From Pseudomonadota bacterium (GTDB lineage Bacteria > Bdellovibrionota_B > Oligoflexia > Oligoflexales > CAIYRB01), in NCBI GenBank assembly GCA_026390435.1, contig JAPLFY010000040.1, positions 40,223-104,222 of the forward strand: a DNA stretch of 64,000 bases, given 5' to 3'. Under the pieces are notes generated by a model that saw only the letters and a program-made list of their open reading frames with translations, had not been told where the DNA came from and did not search any database. Both the position numbers and the translations under genes were made by a program. Shown in pieces: positions 37,225-46,859 of the stretch (position 1 is its first letter; every line of letters begins with the position of its first letter).

Positions 37225-37707
37225 ATGAAGCAAGATCAGCAAAACCAAGATCAATCGTTTTTTACTACCAAAGCACATCAATTTCTAGCTTGGGCTAGGA
37301 AAAACTCACTATGGCCCTATACATTCGGCACCGCCTGCTGCGGTATTGAGTTTATGTCTGTCGTGGGCCCTAAGTACGACATCGCCCGTTTTGGCGCGGA
37401 AGTAGTACGCTTCTCCCCCCGTCAGGCGGACTTGATGATCGTTGCTGGCACCATCACCGAGAAGATGGCACCCATCATCAAGAAAGTATGGGAGCAAATG
37501 CCAGAGCCAAAGTGGTGCATCGCTATGGGCGCATGTGCATCAAGCGGTGGCTTTTACCGCGCTTATCACGTGGTGCAAGGGGTCGACCGGATTATCCCTG
37601 TAGACATCTACATCGCTGGGTGCCCTCCCACCCCAGAGGCGGTAATTACCGGGCTTATGACTCTGCAAGACAAGATCACAGAGAAAGCCATAGGCAAGCA
37701 GGCCTAA
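37225..37707 (+). CDS. nuoB: NADH-quinone oxidoreductase subunit B (NuoB/PSST-like), stand-alone
   Basis: [34 protein letters not shown] and [10 protein letters not shown] carry the complete set of N2-cluster Cys. The gene starts 4 nt after the Rrf2 stop. No other nuo genes are in the window. Confidence 0.88.
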   Translation: MKQDQQNQDQSFFTTKAHQFLAWARKNSLWPYTFGTACCGIEFMSVVGPKYDIARFGAEVVRFSPRQADLMIVAGTITEKMAPIIKKVWEQMPEPKWCIAMGACASSGGFYRAYHVVQGVDRIIPVDIYIAGCPPTPEAVITGLMTLQDKITEKAIGKQA

Positions 37708-37725
37708 TAAACTATCGCTACTAAT

Positions 37726-37767
37726 CCCGGAGCACTCTCACACGAGAACGCTCCGGGATTTTTTTTA
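37726..37767 (+). terminator. Rho-independent terminator ending the suf-Rrf2-nuoB operon
   Basis: CCCGGAGC/GCTCCGGG forms an 8-bp stem with a 16-nt loop, followed by ATTTTTTTT. Confidence 0.8.
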
Positions 37768-37833
37768 CTCAACTAGGTAGGTTCGGTTCACGGCTCATCT
37801 TCACGATAGCCGTGCCGCACTAGACGACGCGCA

Positions 37834-39144
37834 TCAGTTTTGTTCAAGCACCGGCTTGCCATCAAATCCCAATCGGTTGAAAGCTTCACGCCAATGACAG
37901 TAAGTCACACCATCTTCAATTCGTGCAATTGGATCCTGTGAAATTACATAGGCGTCAGCCTTGGGAAAGTCAGCAAGGAATGAGCGCAAGTGTCGCCCAT
38001 CGGCGTGGGTGGCTACACTTTTAGATTTGATCTCAATTAATGCTGTCCGATGTCCCGGACGCTCAATGATCAGGTCAACTTCAGCTTGGTCCGTTGCGAT
38101 GTAGGAGAATTTCGCTTCGTCTTCCTGGTAACTCGATAGTCGATGAAACTCACATATGATCCATTGTTCAAAGGCCAAGCCAAAATCGCTAGTGCCAGCT
38201 GCCATTGGTGTGCTCAATTGCCCTTTCAATGCTCTCGCTACGCCACTATCAAATAAGAAAAATTTTGGTGCGTGACGCTGTCTTTTCCGAAGGCTTGCGT
38301 GGAATGCCTCTAAATAAAAACCGATTAAAGTATCACTCAAAATTTCGTAGTAGTTCTTTACGGTCTTATCGGCGACTCCAACATCTCGTGAAATACTAAC
38401 GTGATTTATAGCTTCACCAGACATTTGCGCCGCAATTGGTAGAAATCGTCTAAATGGCTCGAGTTTTTCTATCAGGTGCTCGGCCCAAATTTCTTCTTTC
38501 AAATAGGTTGCGGCATAACTGCGCAAAAATGCTGCGCGTTGTCGATTCGAATCCAGCGAGTAAATCTTCGGCAGCGTTCCCCAATTAAGGGCTATATCGA
38601 GGTCGAAGTCTTGACCAAGCTCGATATGAGTCAAAGGGAACATGTTATTAACGAACGCTCGCCCTGCAAGAAGGTTGACGCCGGCTCGCTTGAGCTTGCG
38701 AGCGCTGGAACCTGTCATCGCAAACCGAACACCATTTAGATTTTTGTCCTCAATCATGTCGTGTACTGAGTTGAGAAGCTGAGGCAGCTTCTGAATCTCA
38801 TCAATAACCACCCATTTAGGCTTTTTTAGCTCTACTTCACTACGCAAAAGTCCTGGATTTAGAGCTAGGCGGTTCTCCTGATTGGCTATAAGGAGATCAA
38901 AACGTAGCAATGAGTCTGCATCCAGCTCGTGAAATAGCTCCTTCAGAAACGAAGTTTTACCAGTGCCCCGAGCTCCAAATAGGAAGAAGCTATCACTCAA
39001 AATAGGCTGAACAAGTCGTCTGTATCTAGGCAAAAATCCAACCCCGGTTACGAAAAATGAGGCATAATTCGTAATATATATTGTCATATATTGTTGCAAT
39101 AGTCCAATATTATTGCAACTAGTCACCCAATGCCCCGCAATCAT
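37834..39144 (-). CDS. AAA+ ATPase of the AAA_14/DUF4143 type
   Basis: Walker A LFGARGTGKTSFL, Walker B VVIDEIQK, and a C-terminal region with restriction-endonuclease-like/DUF4143 features (EVDLIIERPGHRTALIEIKS). The start is uncertain: the ATG at 39087 or a later codon is possible, because the first about 20 codons lie in AT-rich sequence. Confidence 0.7.
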   Translation of the reverse strand: MIAGHWVTSCNNIGLLQQYMTIYITNYASFFVTGVGFLPRYRRLVQPILSDSFFLFGARGTGKTSFLKELFHELDADSLLRFDLLIANQENRLALNPGLLRSEVELKKPKWVVIDEIQKLPQLLNSVHDMIEDKNLNGVRFAMTGSSARKLKRAGVNLLAGRAFVNNMFPLTHIELGQDFDLDIALNWGTLPKIYSLDSNRQRAAFLRSYAATYLKEEIWAEHLIEKLEPFRRFLPIAAQMSGEAINHVSISRDVGVADKTVKNYYEILSDTLIGFYLEAFHASLRKRQRHAPKFFLFDSGVARALKGQLSTPMAAGTSDFGLAFEQWIICEFHRLSSYQEDEAKFSYIATDQAEVDLIIERPGHRTALIEIKSKSVATHADGRHLRSFLADFPKADAYVISQDPIARIEDGVTYCHWREAFNRLGFDGKPVLEQN

Positions 39145-39363
39145 TGACCTCGATTTACATAGGGCTGGATAAGTAGGTACTGCCGCGCGGCATCAGGTTT
39201 GGTGGCGAGAGCAGGCTGAGCTAACGCCGTCGGCAAGCATCTGTATTCACTGTAGTGCGGGCGACTTTTCGTAAATAATTATATTGGAAAGTCCGCTCAA
39301 CAACGGAGCAAGTATCCAAGCGCAGTGTGGCCTAAATGCCAAAAATTCTAGGAACTAACGCAA

Positions 39364-40416
39364 TCAGAAGCCGTGTGCCCGCAAAGATTCCACCAAGCAA
39401 GCCGCCAGCTCCGGATCATCATTCGACGGCACGACGCGACCGTAGCGCTTAAACCCGGATGCAAGTGCCAACTCTTGATAGGTATGATCCATCTCGTAGA
39501 GTGTCTCGATGTGATCGGCCGTAAAGCTAATTGGCACTAACAGAATGCTTCCCCCACGCTCCTTGCCCAAGGCCTCGATGGTCTCGTCGGTATAGGGCTT
39601 GATCCATTCGACGGGACCGACGCGGCTCTGGAACGAAAGATTCCACTGCACATCTGCATTAGGGTAGTTCGCCTTCAGCCAGGCATTGCCACGCTGTTTT
39701 AGCTCCGTAAAGTGTGCATGGGTCTCAGTCACATAGGGATCGCCACGCTGGTGATACTTAATCGGTATGCCGTGGGCCGAGAAAAGCACCGTGATTGGAC
39801 CCGGTGCCGGCTGGCTGACCAATGGCAAAAGCCCCGCCTGCAAACGCTCATAACTGTGTGCCAGGTAACGCGGAGTCTGCCACCACGAGAACACCCTGGT
39901 AGTCGGTATATGACGGTGTCCGAGGTGTGCCTCTACCGCTAAGTCAAAATCTCGTAAGGAGCTGACTGTGGTGCTGTGGCAAAGATGTGGATAAAGGGTG
40001 ATCATGAAGATCCGGCTGTGCTCAAAGTCCAGAGTCTTAACAACCTCTTCCGCGGTCGGCGCAGTATAACGATTAATCACCACAACCTTGGTATTAGGGC
40101 GTAGCTGCCGCAGAGCTGACTCTAGGTGTTGCGCCTGCGCATTCGTCATCCGATTAATTGGCGAATAGCCGATCTTCTTATACTCAGCAGAGGACTTGGG
40201 TGCACGCTTCTTGGCAATACGACGAGCCAACCAACGCCGCCATGACTGCGGGATCGGCGCGCGAATAATGAACGGATCTTCAAATAGTCGCCGCAGGAAT
40301 GGCTCTACCTCGGCGTCAGAGGTCGGACCACCAAAGTTTAATAGCAGGACTACATGCGGCACATCTTGCCATGGATTTTGAAGATCTTGCGAATTTTGCT
40401 GCTCTAACTGTGTCAA
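39364..40416 (-). CDS. hemH: ferrochelatase
   Basis: LLLNFGGPTSDAEVEPFLRRLFEDPFII, the SAHGIP block and FTADHIETLYE are typical ferrochelatase motifs. Confidence 0.92.
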   Translation of the reverse strand: MTQLEQQNSQDLQNPWQDVPHVVLLLNFGGPTSDAEVEPFLRRLFEDPFIIRAPIPQSWRRWLARRIAKKRAPKSSAEYKKIGYSPINRMTNAQAQHLESALRQLRPNTKVVVINRYTAPTAEEVVKTLDFEHSRIFMITLYPHLCHSTTVSSLRDFDLAVEAHLGHRHIPTTRVFSWWQTPRYLAHSYERLQAGLLPLVSQPAPGPITVLFSAHGIPIKYHQRGDPYVTETHAHFTELKQRGNAWLKANYPNADVQWNLSFQSRVGPVEWIKPYTDETIEALGKERGGSILLVPISFTADHIETLYEMDHTYQELALASGFKRYGRVVPSNDDPELAACLVESLRAHGF

Positions 40417-40439
40417 GATCGGGCCCTTTCGGAAGGAAA

Positions 40440-40832
40440 TTAATTAGGGCGTGTCAATTGTTCAGGACTATCCAACGAAAAGGCGGGAATAGCTACGTCG
40501 ATAGATTCGCCGTTTTCTACCAGCATCTGATACGTACCCACCATAAATCCGGAAGCCGTCGGTAAATTAGTAAAACTGCCGTAAGAGTACGTTTCACCAG
40601 GCTGAATTAGCGGCTGATTACCAATGACTCCGTCGCCCTTAACCTCTATCGTTTGCCCCAGGGCATTGGTGATGCGCCAATGACGCCTTAACAGGCGCAC
40701 AGCGACAGGGCCCCGATTGGCGATTGAGACTTCATAAGACCAAACATAAACACCTGATTCCGGTTGCGAATGATCGTCAAGAAAGGCAGGGTGTACGGTA
40801 ATTTCGATAGCATGGGTAGTTTGTCTATACAT
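40440..40832 (-). CDS. apaG: ApaG (DUF525) protein
   Basis: FLDDHSQPESGVYVWSYEVSIANRGPVAVRLLRRHWRITNALGQ...GDGVIGNQPLIQPGETYSY is the ApaG pattern. Confidence 0.9.
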   Translation of the reverse strand: MYRQTTHAIEITVHPAFLDDHSQPESGVYVWSYEVSIANRGPVAVRLLRRHWRITNALGQTIEVKGDGVIGNQPLIQPGETYSYGSFTNLPTASGFMVGTYQMLVENGESIDVAIPAFSLDSPEQLTRPN

Positions 40833-40920
40833 GGTAAACGGCCTCGCTCAGACCGAGACATAGCAATGACTCGGCGTAAAATCTTACTCTAGTCAGTTAA
40901 CGCAAAATCGCAAGGGACGC

Positions 40921-41742
40921 ATGCGCAATAACACCAAATCCAACAGCAAAAAATTACCCGAATTCGATAAATATTATCATTACGGCGAGAGCGTACAATC
41001 GCCAGGTGAAGATGCCCGTTTTCTCGAATGGATCTATCTAAAGGGCAAAGGCCGTAAACCGAGCGTATTTCGCGAGGATTTCTGCGGCACTTTTGCTAAT
41101 TGCTGTGCTTGGGTACAGCGCGACCGCAAATACGTTGCGCACGGCCTTGATCTCGATCCAGAGCCAATTGAGTACGGCAAAAAGAACTATCTGCCGTATT
41201 TAACGCCTGAACAACAAAGCCGGGTACATATCCACGAGAAAAACGTCCTCAGCCGCGGTGCCCCTAAAGCCGACATCATCTGTGCGCTGAATTTTTCCTA
41301 CAATATCTTCAAAAAACGGCAAGAGCTGAAAAAATACTTCCAGGCCTGCTTTCGCTCGTTAAATACGAACGGCGTATTCGTAGTCGATGCCTTTGGCGGC
41401 CCACGGTGCCACGAAGCAAACGAAGAGGTCTCGGAGAATGGAGATCCTTCGTTCGACTACTTTTGGGATCAAGAGTCGTTCGACCCTCTAACGCATGAGG
41501 GGATGTTTCACATCCACTTCAAAAGACCTGGGGAAAAGAAGCGTCTTAACGTCTTTACCTATGACTGGCGCGTGTGGACTCTACCTGAGCTAAAAGACTT
41601 GCTCGAAGAAGTTGGCTTCAAGCGCGTTGATTTCCTTTGGGAAGGATCAACCGATGAGGGCGAAGGCGACGGCAACTTTCAAGTGGTAACCAAAGGCGAA
41701 GAGTGCGAGGCCTGGGTGGCCTACGTCGCAGCATTTAAGTAA
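40921..41742 (+). CDS. class I SAM-dependent methyltransferase
   Basis: REDFCGTFANCCAW (motif I-like), DLDPEPI, and a post-I/II arrangement with ICALNFSY. No substrate assignment is possible. Confidence 0.6.
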   Translation: MRNNTKSNSKKLPEFDKYYHYGESVQSPGEDARFLEWIYLKGKGRKPSVFREDFCGTFANCCAWVQRDRKYVAHGLDLDPEPIEYGKKNYLPYLTPEQQSRVHIHEKNVLSRGAPKADIICALNFSYNIFKKRQELKKYFQACFRSLNTNGVFVVDAFGGPRCHEANEEVSENGDPSFDYFWDQESFDPLTHEGMFHIHFKRPGEKKRLNVFTYDWRVWTLPELKDLLEEVGFKRVDFLWEGSTDEGEGDGNFQVVTKGEECEAWVAYVAAFK

Positions 41743-41755
41743 AAATAGCGAACAA

Positions 41756-41790
41756 ATTCCCCAGACCAAGCACTGCTAGGTCTGGGGAAT
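41756..41790. terminator. bidirectional terminator hairpin between convergent genes
   Basis: ATTCCCCAGACC/GGTCTGGGGAAT forms a 12-bp perfect stem with an 11-nt loop, flanked by A/T runs. Confidence 0.65.
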
Positions 41791-41805
41791 CATTTAGCTG
41801 CGAAG

Positions 41806-42828
41806 TCAATTATGCGAGTGCAAATCCGCGTTTAACTCGATGGACTTCTTATTAGGCAGACACTCAATCGCCCCGTCCTGAGAGTTGCGACGGAACAACA
41901 GCCCACTGCGCCCAGCCAGCTCTAATGCCTTCATCGTCCGGGTGATTTGGCCATCGCGATTTAAAATTCGGACTTTACTTGCGGCTGTCAAATACAAGCC
42001 AGCCTCGATCGTACAGTCGTCCCCTAGTGGAATACCAAGCCCGGCATTAGCCCCAAGCAAGCAGTTCTTTCCTAAAGAGATAGGAATATTATTGCCGCCT
42101 GAGAGTACACCCATAGTGCTAGATCCGCCTCCCAGATCAGTGCCGGCACCAACCCACACACTTGAAGATACGCGCCCCTCAACCATATTGGGGCCTTCCA
42201 CTCCAGCGTTGAAATTGATGAAACCCTCGTGCATCACAGTCGTACCAGAGCCTAAATAAGCTCCAAGACGAACGCGCGAAGCATCCGCAATCCGCACGCC
42301 ACTCGGCACCACGTAGTCGGTCATCTGAGGGAACTTATCGATCATGCTTACGGAAAGAGGCGTACCTTGTGTGCGACAGGTTAACTGTAGCTCGGCCAAT
42401 TCAGCCACATCCACTGGCCCTTGATTCGTCCAGGCCACATTCGGCAATACCTTAAAAATCCCCGCCATATTTATGGTGCCAGGCCGAACCATACGATGCG
42501 ACAGGAGGTGTAACCTCAAATAAGCATCGGGCACATCGGTCGGCTCAACATCATCGGCCAAAAACACCGCCACAACTGGCCTGCCTGTCGCTGCGAAAGC
42601 CGCATATTCAGGCCCAACCTTAGCCAACGCGTGAAGTTGATCAGCATTTAATCGAATCGACTGCTGTCCGCCGCTGTAACCAAAAGCTTCTATGAAAGCA
42701 GACACCTCCAGGTCCACCGGCCTCAGCAGGGGACGGGGAAAATAAACTTCTAACCACTGCCCGTGCTTATTGTGCGTCCCAAGACCAAGACCAAAAGCAA
42801 ACAAGGACTCCGCTTTATTGTTCGACAT
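41806..42828 (-). CDS. dapD: 2,3,4,5-tetrahydropyridine-2,6-dicarboxylate N-succinyltransferase (long form)
   Basis: Hexapeptide-repeat core VRLGAYLGSGTTVMHEGFINFNAGVEGPNMVEGRVSSSVWVGAGTDLGGGSSTMGVLSGG..., as in the roughly 340-aa DapD. The ATG at 42828 has GGAG upstream and overlaps the tdk stop by 14 nt. Confidence 0.85.
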   Translation of the reverse strand: MSNNKAESLFAFGLGLGTHNKHGQWLEVYFPRPLLRPVDLEVSAFIEAFGYSGGQQSIRLNADQLHALAKVGPEYAAFAATGRPVVAVFLADDVEPTDVPDAYLRLHLLSHRMVRPGTINMAGIFKVLPNVAWTNQGPVDVAELAELQLTCRTQGTPLSVSMIDKFPQMTDYVVPSGVRIADASRVRLGAYLGSGTTVMHEGFINFNAGVEGPNMVEGRVSSSVWVGAGTDLGGGSSTMGVLSGGNNIPISLGKNCLLGANAGLGIPLGDDCTIEAGLYLTAASKVRILNRDGQITRTMKALELAGRSGLLFRRNSQDGAIECLPNKKSIELNADLHSHN

Positions 42829-43420
42829 CGTCGAGCTCCTCATTGAGATTCCAAGCACCAGTTAATTTTGCCTCGTAGCACTTGGCGCAGGTGGGTAAGT
42901 ACTTTTCCTCGCTGCCGAGATCCACAACGGGACCACTTTGACTTGGCTGACCACCAACCAGCTTAAGATTGAATACTGCCTTGCGGTTGCAATAAGCACA
43001 CGTCGTTTTGACCTCGCTAATTTCGTCAGCCAACTCCATAAGCCGACGACTGCCGGAAAATAGCCGTGTCCGAAAATCGCCTCGAAGGCCGTAACAAATC
43101 ACGGGAATACTTAGCTCGGTAGCCACGCTGCGGAGTTGCTCTACCAGCCTCTCACTGAGGAACTGCGCCTCGTCGACGAGAATACAGTGAGCTCCCAACA
43201 ATTTTTCACGCGGCAGATCAGAGTCGGGAGCCACCAAAATATCGGCTTCTCTGGTCAAACCGGCACGAGAGGTCACCGACTCCCGGCCAAAGCGGGTATC
43301 GAGTGCCGGCTTAATCACCACCACTACCTTATCCTGCTGGGTATAGGAGTGTGCCACGGCCAATAAATTCAGGGTCTTTGCGCTACCGACTGCGCCGTAT
43401 CGAAAATATAGCTTAGCCAT
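42815..43420 (-). CDS. tdk: thymidine kinase
   Basis: Walker A YGAVGSAKT, DEAQFL, and the zinc ribbon CAYCNRKA...CAKC. The ATG at 43420 has AGGTGG upstream. Confidence 0.92.
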   Translation of the reverse strand: MAKLYFRYGAVGSAKTLNLLAVAHSYTQQDKVVVVIKPALDTRFGRESVTSRAGLTREADILVAPDSDLPREKLLGAHCILVDEAQFLSERLVEQLRSVATELSIPVICYGLRGDFRTRLFSGSRRLMELADEISEVKTTCAYCNRKAVFNLKLVGGQPSQSGPVVDLGSEEKYLPTCAKCYEAKLTGAWNLNEELDDVEQ

Positions 43421-43461
43421 AAACGCCACCTAATTCGAAAGGTGGTCATTTAAGCACGCTG

Positions 43462-43815
43462 CTAGCGCGATTTCAACTCGTTGTACTTTTGCAGGAGTAT
43501 TCGCTGCTCGGCCATAATCTGCGCCAATGGGATGCCCCGGTCGAGACGCAAGGCACAGGTCTTTTCCATCGGATGAATCCGCAATATCCTGCCTGCGATG
43601 TCGAAGCGTTTTCCGCTCTTGAACACAACTATGCCCTTCAAAGCCTGATTCTCGACATAACTGTGTAGGCTGCCCATGGCAAAATAAATGCCTTTTTCAG
43701 ATAGATCAAAAATTTCGAAAGTCTGTTTGCCAATGATGAGCTGTGGACGCTCATTATCCGGGTATCTAATCCGGTAATACTCGCGCTGATTCTCGGCTGT
43801 CTTATCATTACTCAT
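43462..43815 (-). CDS. single-domain PilZ (c-di-GMP-binding) protein
   Basis: An RxxxR motif (REYYRIR) and D-x-S-x-x-G (DLSEKG) occur with the spacing typical of PilZ. Confidence 0.75.
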   Translation of the reverse strand: MSNDKTAENQREYYRIRYPDNERPQLIIGKQTFEIFDLSEKGIYFAMGSLHSYVENQALKGIVVFKSGKRFDIAGRILRIHPMEKTCALRLDRGIPLAQIMAEQRILLQKYNELKSR

Positions 43816-43871
43816 CGATCGATCACCCTAATGTAGTCAAGTCTATGATTAACAGCTGAATTGTTGCTGAC

Positions 43872-45209
43872 TCAATCTAACTTCACTGCTAAACCCCGAT
43901 TTAGGAATTCCATCATTTCCACCTCTGCATCTATATCCTTGAGAAGATGGAACATCCCTGCGAGCTTACGATTGAGGAAAAAGAGCTGATGTGGTGGGGC
44001 AGAAAAACGCACACTAAGTGCGAACTTAGTTGCCAACTCTCGAACTTCTCGCAGCCACTCGTCATTACGGTACCGAAAGGGCTGGCGTTCGGGCTGCATC
44101 ATCCAAGTCACCTTCTCAACCAGCGCTCGGAAGTAAGCCACTGTCTCCGCGGATTCCTGCCGCGAAAGATAGCCCTGGGAGAATGTTAACTCCATGACCT
44201 GATCAAAATCTCCGGCGACGATTCTATCGAGAATCTGACGAAGTACACGACGGAACTCCACAGAGAATGTATTGGTGGCACCAAAGTCTAATAAGACTAA
44301 CTCACCCTCTATTGGGCGGTACAAAAAATTACCAAAATTGGGATCCGTCTGCATGATGCCATTTGTCAGCAGCTCATCAATTAAAAGATTGATGATAAGT
44401 CGCGCAAATCTATCGACATCCTCACGACTCGGCTGTGCTTTTATCCAGTCACTAAGTCTACGCCCCTCCTCGAAGGACATACACAAAACACGCTGCGTCG
44501 AATAATCATGGTAAATCGAAGGGACAATGTATTTTGAGCCAGCTAAAGCCTTGCGGTAAACTTCGACGTTAGCAGCTTCGATTTGATAATCAGCCTCCCG
44601 TTTTAGACCAGATGCGATCTCAGTGAAGATTGGCTCCATATCGACGGTCTTACCGCGCATCTGGATACCCAAATTCACAATGCGGCGGATGACAGCTAAA
44701 TCTGAATCTATACTCTTTGAGACGCCCGGATACTGGATCTTAACAGCCACCGGCCGACCATTCAAAACGGCCTTGTGGACTTGCCCAATCGAAGCCGCCG
44801 CGATCGGTTCTGGCGTCAGTTCCTCAAGTGAGGAAAATTTTTCCGCTCCGAGTTCACGATTCAGAATATAACGCACCTGATCGAATGGCATGAAGGTGCT
44901 ACTATCGTGCAGCTGCCTCAGTATCGCCAAAATCTCAGGAGGCAACATATCACTGAATTCAAGACTGATGAGCTGGCCAGCTTTCATTGCCGCACCCTTG
45001 AGCTGGCTTAAAGTAGCAACGAGCTCCTCCGTCTGGCGAATCCTATTAGCGAGCTTAGAATCTTCACTTATAAGACGATTTGCAACCTCACGGGCGGCGA
45101 TCTTGGCGCCAGAAAAGAAGAGTCGGCTAGTCCGCGCGACAATACTCTTCGGGATTTTACCGCGACGATCACCCATGAATTGTCTCTTTATGCTCATATC
45201 TAATGTCAA
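43872..45209 (-). CDS. ABC1/UbiB-family atypical protein kinase
   Basis: AAASIGQVHKAVL-NGRPVAVKIQYPGV, MQTDPNFGNFLY and LLDFG are ABC1 kinase motifs. Confidence 0.85.
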   Translation of the reverse strand: MTLDMSIKRQFMGDRRGKIPKSIVARTSRLFFSGAKIAAREVANRLISEDSKLANRIRQTEELVATLSQLKGAAMKAGQLISLEFSDMLPPEILAILRQLHDSSTFMPFDQVRYILNRELGAEKFSSLEELTPEPIAAASIGQVHKAVLNGRPVAVKIQYPGVSKSIDSDLAVIRRIVNLGIQMRGKTVDMEPIFTEIASGLKREADYQIEAANVEVYRKALAGSKYIVPSIYHDYSTQRVLCMSFEEGRRLSDWIKAQPSREDVDRFARLIINLLIDELLTNGIMQTDPNFGNFLYRPIEGELVLLDFGATNTFSVEFRRVLRQILDRIVAGDFDQVMELTFSQGYLSRQESAETVAYFRALVEKVTWMMQPERQPFRYRNDEWLREVRELATKFALSVRFSAPPHQLFFLNRKLAGMFHLLKDIDAEVEMMEFLNRGLAVKLD

Positions 45210-45213
45210 AGCA

Positions 45214-45257
45214 TAATAAAAAAAGGCCGCTACAGGAAGTCACATTCCCATAGCGGC
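45214..45257 (-). terminator. Rho-independent terminator after the 45273-46859 gene
   Basis: The minus strand carries a GCCGCTA...TAGCGGC stem with an inner GGAA/TTCC pairing, followed by CTTTTTTTATT. Confidence 0.65.
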
Positions 45258-45272
45258 TGCTTTTAAGAGATC

Positions 45273-46859
45273 TTACTTAGTAATCGTGCCCTGAATCGTA
45301 GCCGAGCCGACGCCACCGGCGGCTGGATCCATAACAGTGAGGACTGGGGTGCCCGCCGCGCTGTCTTTATAATAAAGCGAGGCCTGTGACGCACCGACTG
45401 CCAAATTAAAAGCGGTCATGCTAGTTGAACAAGTAGCATCGGCATAGAAGGTACCGGTTGCCGAGCTTGAGCGGACGTTTAACAAACGGAGTTCAGAGAA
45501 CGAAGCTTGGCCGCCAACAGCGTCTTGAACGAGGATCAGCAGCGGTGCGCAGCTATTCGCTGCTGCAGGTGAGACCGACCAGGACATTTTGGTTGCCATT
45601 GCAGCAGCAGGCTCAACTACTGCGCCCATCACGATCGAAGCGGGAGCTAGACTAGCATTCGGGCTAGTCACTGAGAGGGTAGGTGCCCCAGCAGCTGAGT
45701 CTTTGTAGTACACTGTCAGGTCAGTTGCTCCTTGAGAAAGAGATGCGACCGAAACAGCGGCATCAGTACAGGCACTATCTAGGTGAAAACCACCCGTACT
45801 AGCGCTTGAAGCAAAGCTTAGAGTAGCCACAGCAGCAAGTGGCGCTGGCGCGTTGGTGTCGTCTTGGGTCTGAACTTTAACGGCGGTACAGACTCCCGGA
45901 GCTGCAATTGGCAGGCTACCGAGAAAATCTAACTTGCTGGCTCCGTTCACCACATTGATGGAAATCCCACCAGTCGTTACTGGCAGCATCACAATGTTAG
46001 CCACAGCAACCTGACTAGAAGTAATAGTCACAGTACTCGATCCCTGCTGCAATGGGACCCCATTGGCATCTTCCCATAAAACCAACAGTGTGTAAGAGCC
46101 AACCGGAATATTATTAAAGTTCAAAGTCTCCGACGTTTTATATGGCTGCTGAACATTTAGTACAACGCATGATGGGTCAGCTGGAACGTAGCCACCACCT
46201 GTCGAATTCACCGTAGATCCTGGATCAGTTGCCGGTGCTGGAGCCGGTACTGGGTCGACGGGGGGAGATACTGGAGGCACTGGCACAGGTGCAGGTAAAG
46301 GTACGGGCACCGGGGTAGGCTCTGGAGCCGGAGCAACCGGAGCAACCGGAGTATTATAATAGTTGTTGGTTGTAGAAGTGGTCGTAACGTTGTTCGTAAT
46401 GTTCACGTTCGCAGTGTAACTGCCTGAGCCGAGCGAAGCCAAACCGAAAAGCTTGCTTAAGACCTGATCCAAAATACCCGACTGACCGAACATACCGATG
46501 ATGTACCAACCACCACTTTGCCGCCCTTGGTGATGTCCACCGGTGAGCTGTAAAGCTGAACTGCTACTAGAAGTACCGGCACCGCTCCCTGTGGTCATGG
46601 TGATTTGTGTCGGCTCAAACTGTGCCGCTGGAACTGGCTTCTTGCAACGTGCTTCATCAAGAAGAACGATTTGAATCTGACTTACATTTCCTGGTGCGAC
46701 CGCTTCGCTTAGCGACAGCGTACCACCCGGACCAGACTTACGGTTACCAGTCCCTTGCCCATCTTTTCGCACTAACGGTTGACACGCAGACATCGCAGTC
46801 AGTATCGCTAGAAGTTGAGCCCGGCGAAGCTGAGAGGAAGCATTAGACTTAAATCTCAT
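45273..46859 (-). CDS. lipoprotein with a Pro-rich linker and tandem C-terminal Ig-like repeats
   Basis: The ATG at 46859 gives a signal peptide with lipobox (LAILTAMSAC). It has the linker PVAPVAPAPEPTPVPVPLPAPVPVPPVSPPVDPVPAPAP and two homologous C-terminal repeats of about 90 aa (...LTVYYKDSAAGAPTLSVTSP / ...ASLYYKDSAAGTPVLTVMDP). Confidence 0.65.
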   Translation of the reverse strand: MRFKSNASSQLRRAQLLAILTAMSACQPLVRKDGQGTGNRKSGPGGTLSLSEAVAPGNVSQIQIVLLDEARCKKPVPAAQFEPTQITMTTGSGAGTSSSSSALQLTGGHHQGRQSGGWYIIGMFGQSGILDQVLSKLFGLASLGSGSYTANVNITNNVTTTSTTNNYYNTPVAPVAPAPEPTPVPVPLPAPVPVPPVSPPVDPVPAPAPATDPGSTVNSTGGGYVPADPSCVVLNVQQPYKTSETLNFNNIPVGSYTLLVLWEDANGVPLQQGSSTVTITSSQVAVANIVMLPVTTGGISINVVNGASKLDFLGSLPIAAPGVCTAVKVQTQDDTNAPAPLAAVATLSFASSASTGGFHLDSACTDAAVSVASLSQGATDLTVYYKDSAAGAPTLSVTSPNASLAPASIVMGAVVEPAAAMATKMSWSVSPAAANSCAPLLILVQDAVGGQASFSELRLLNVRSSSATGTFYADATCSTSMTAFNLAVGASQASLYYKDSAAGTPVLTVMDPAAGGVGSATIQGTITK

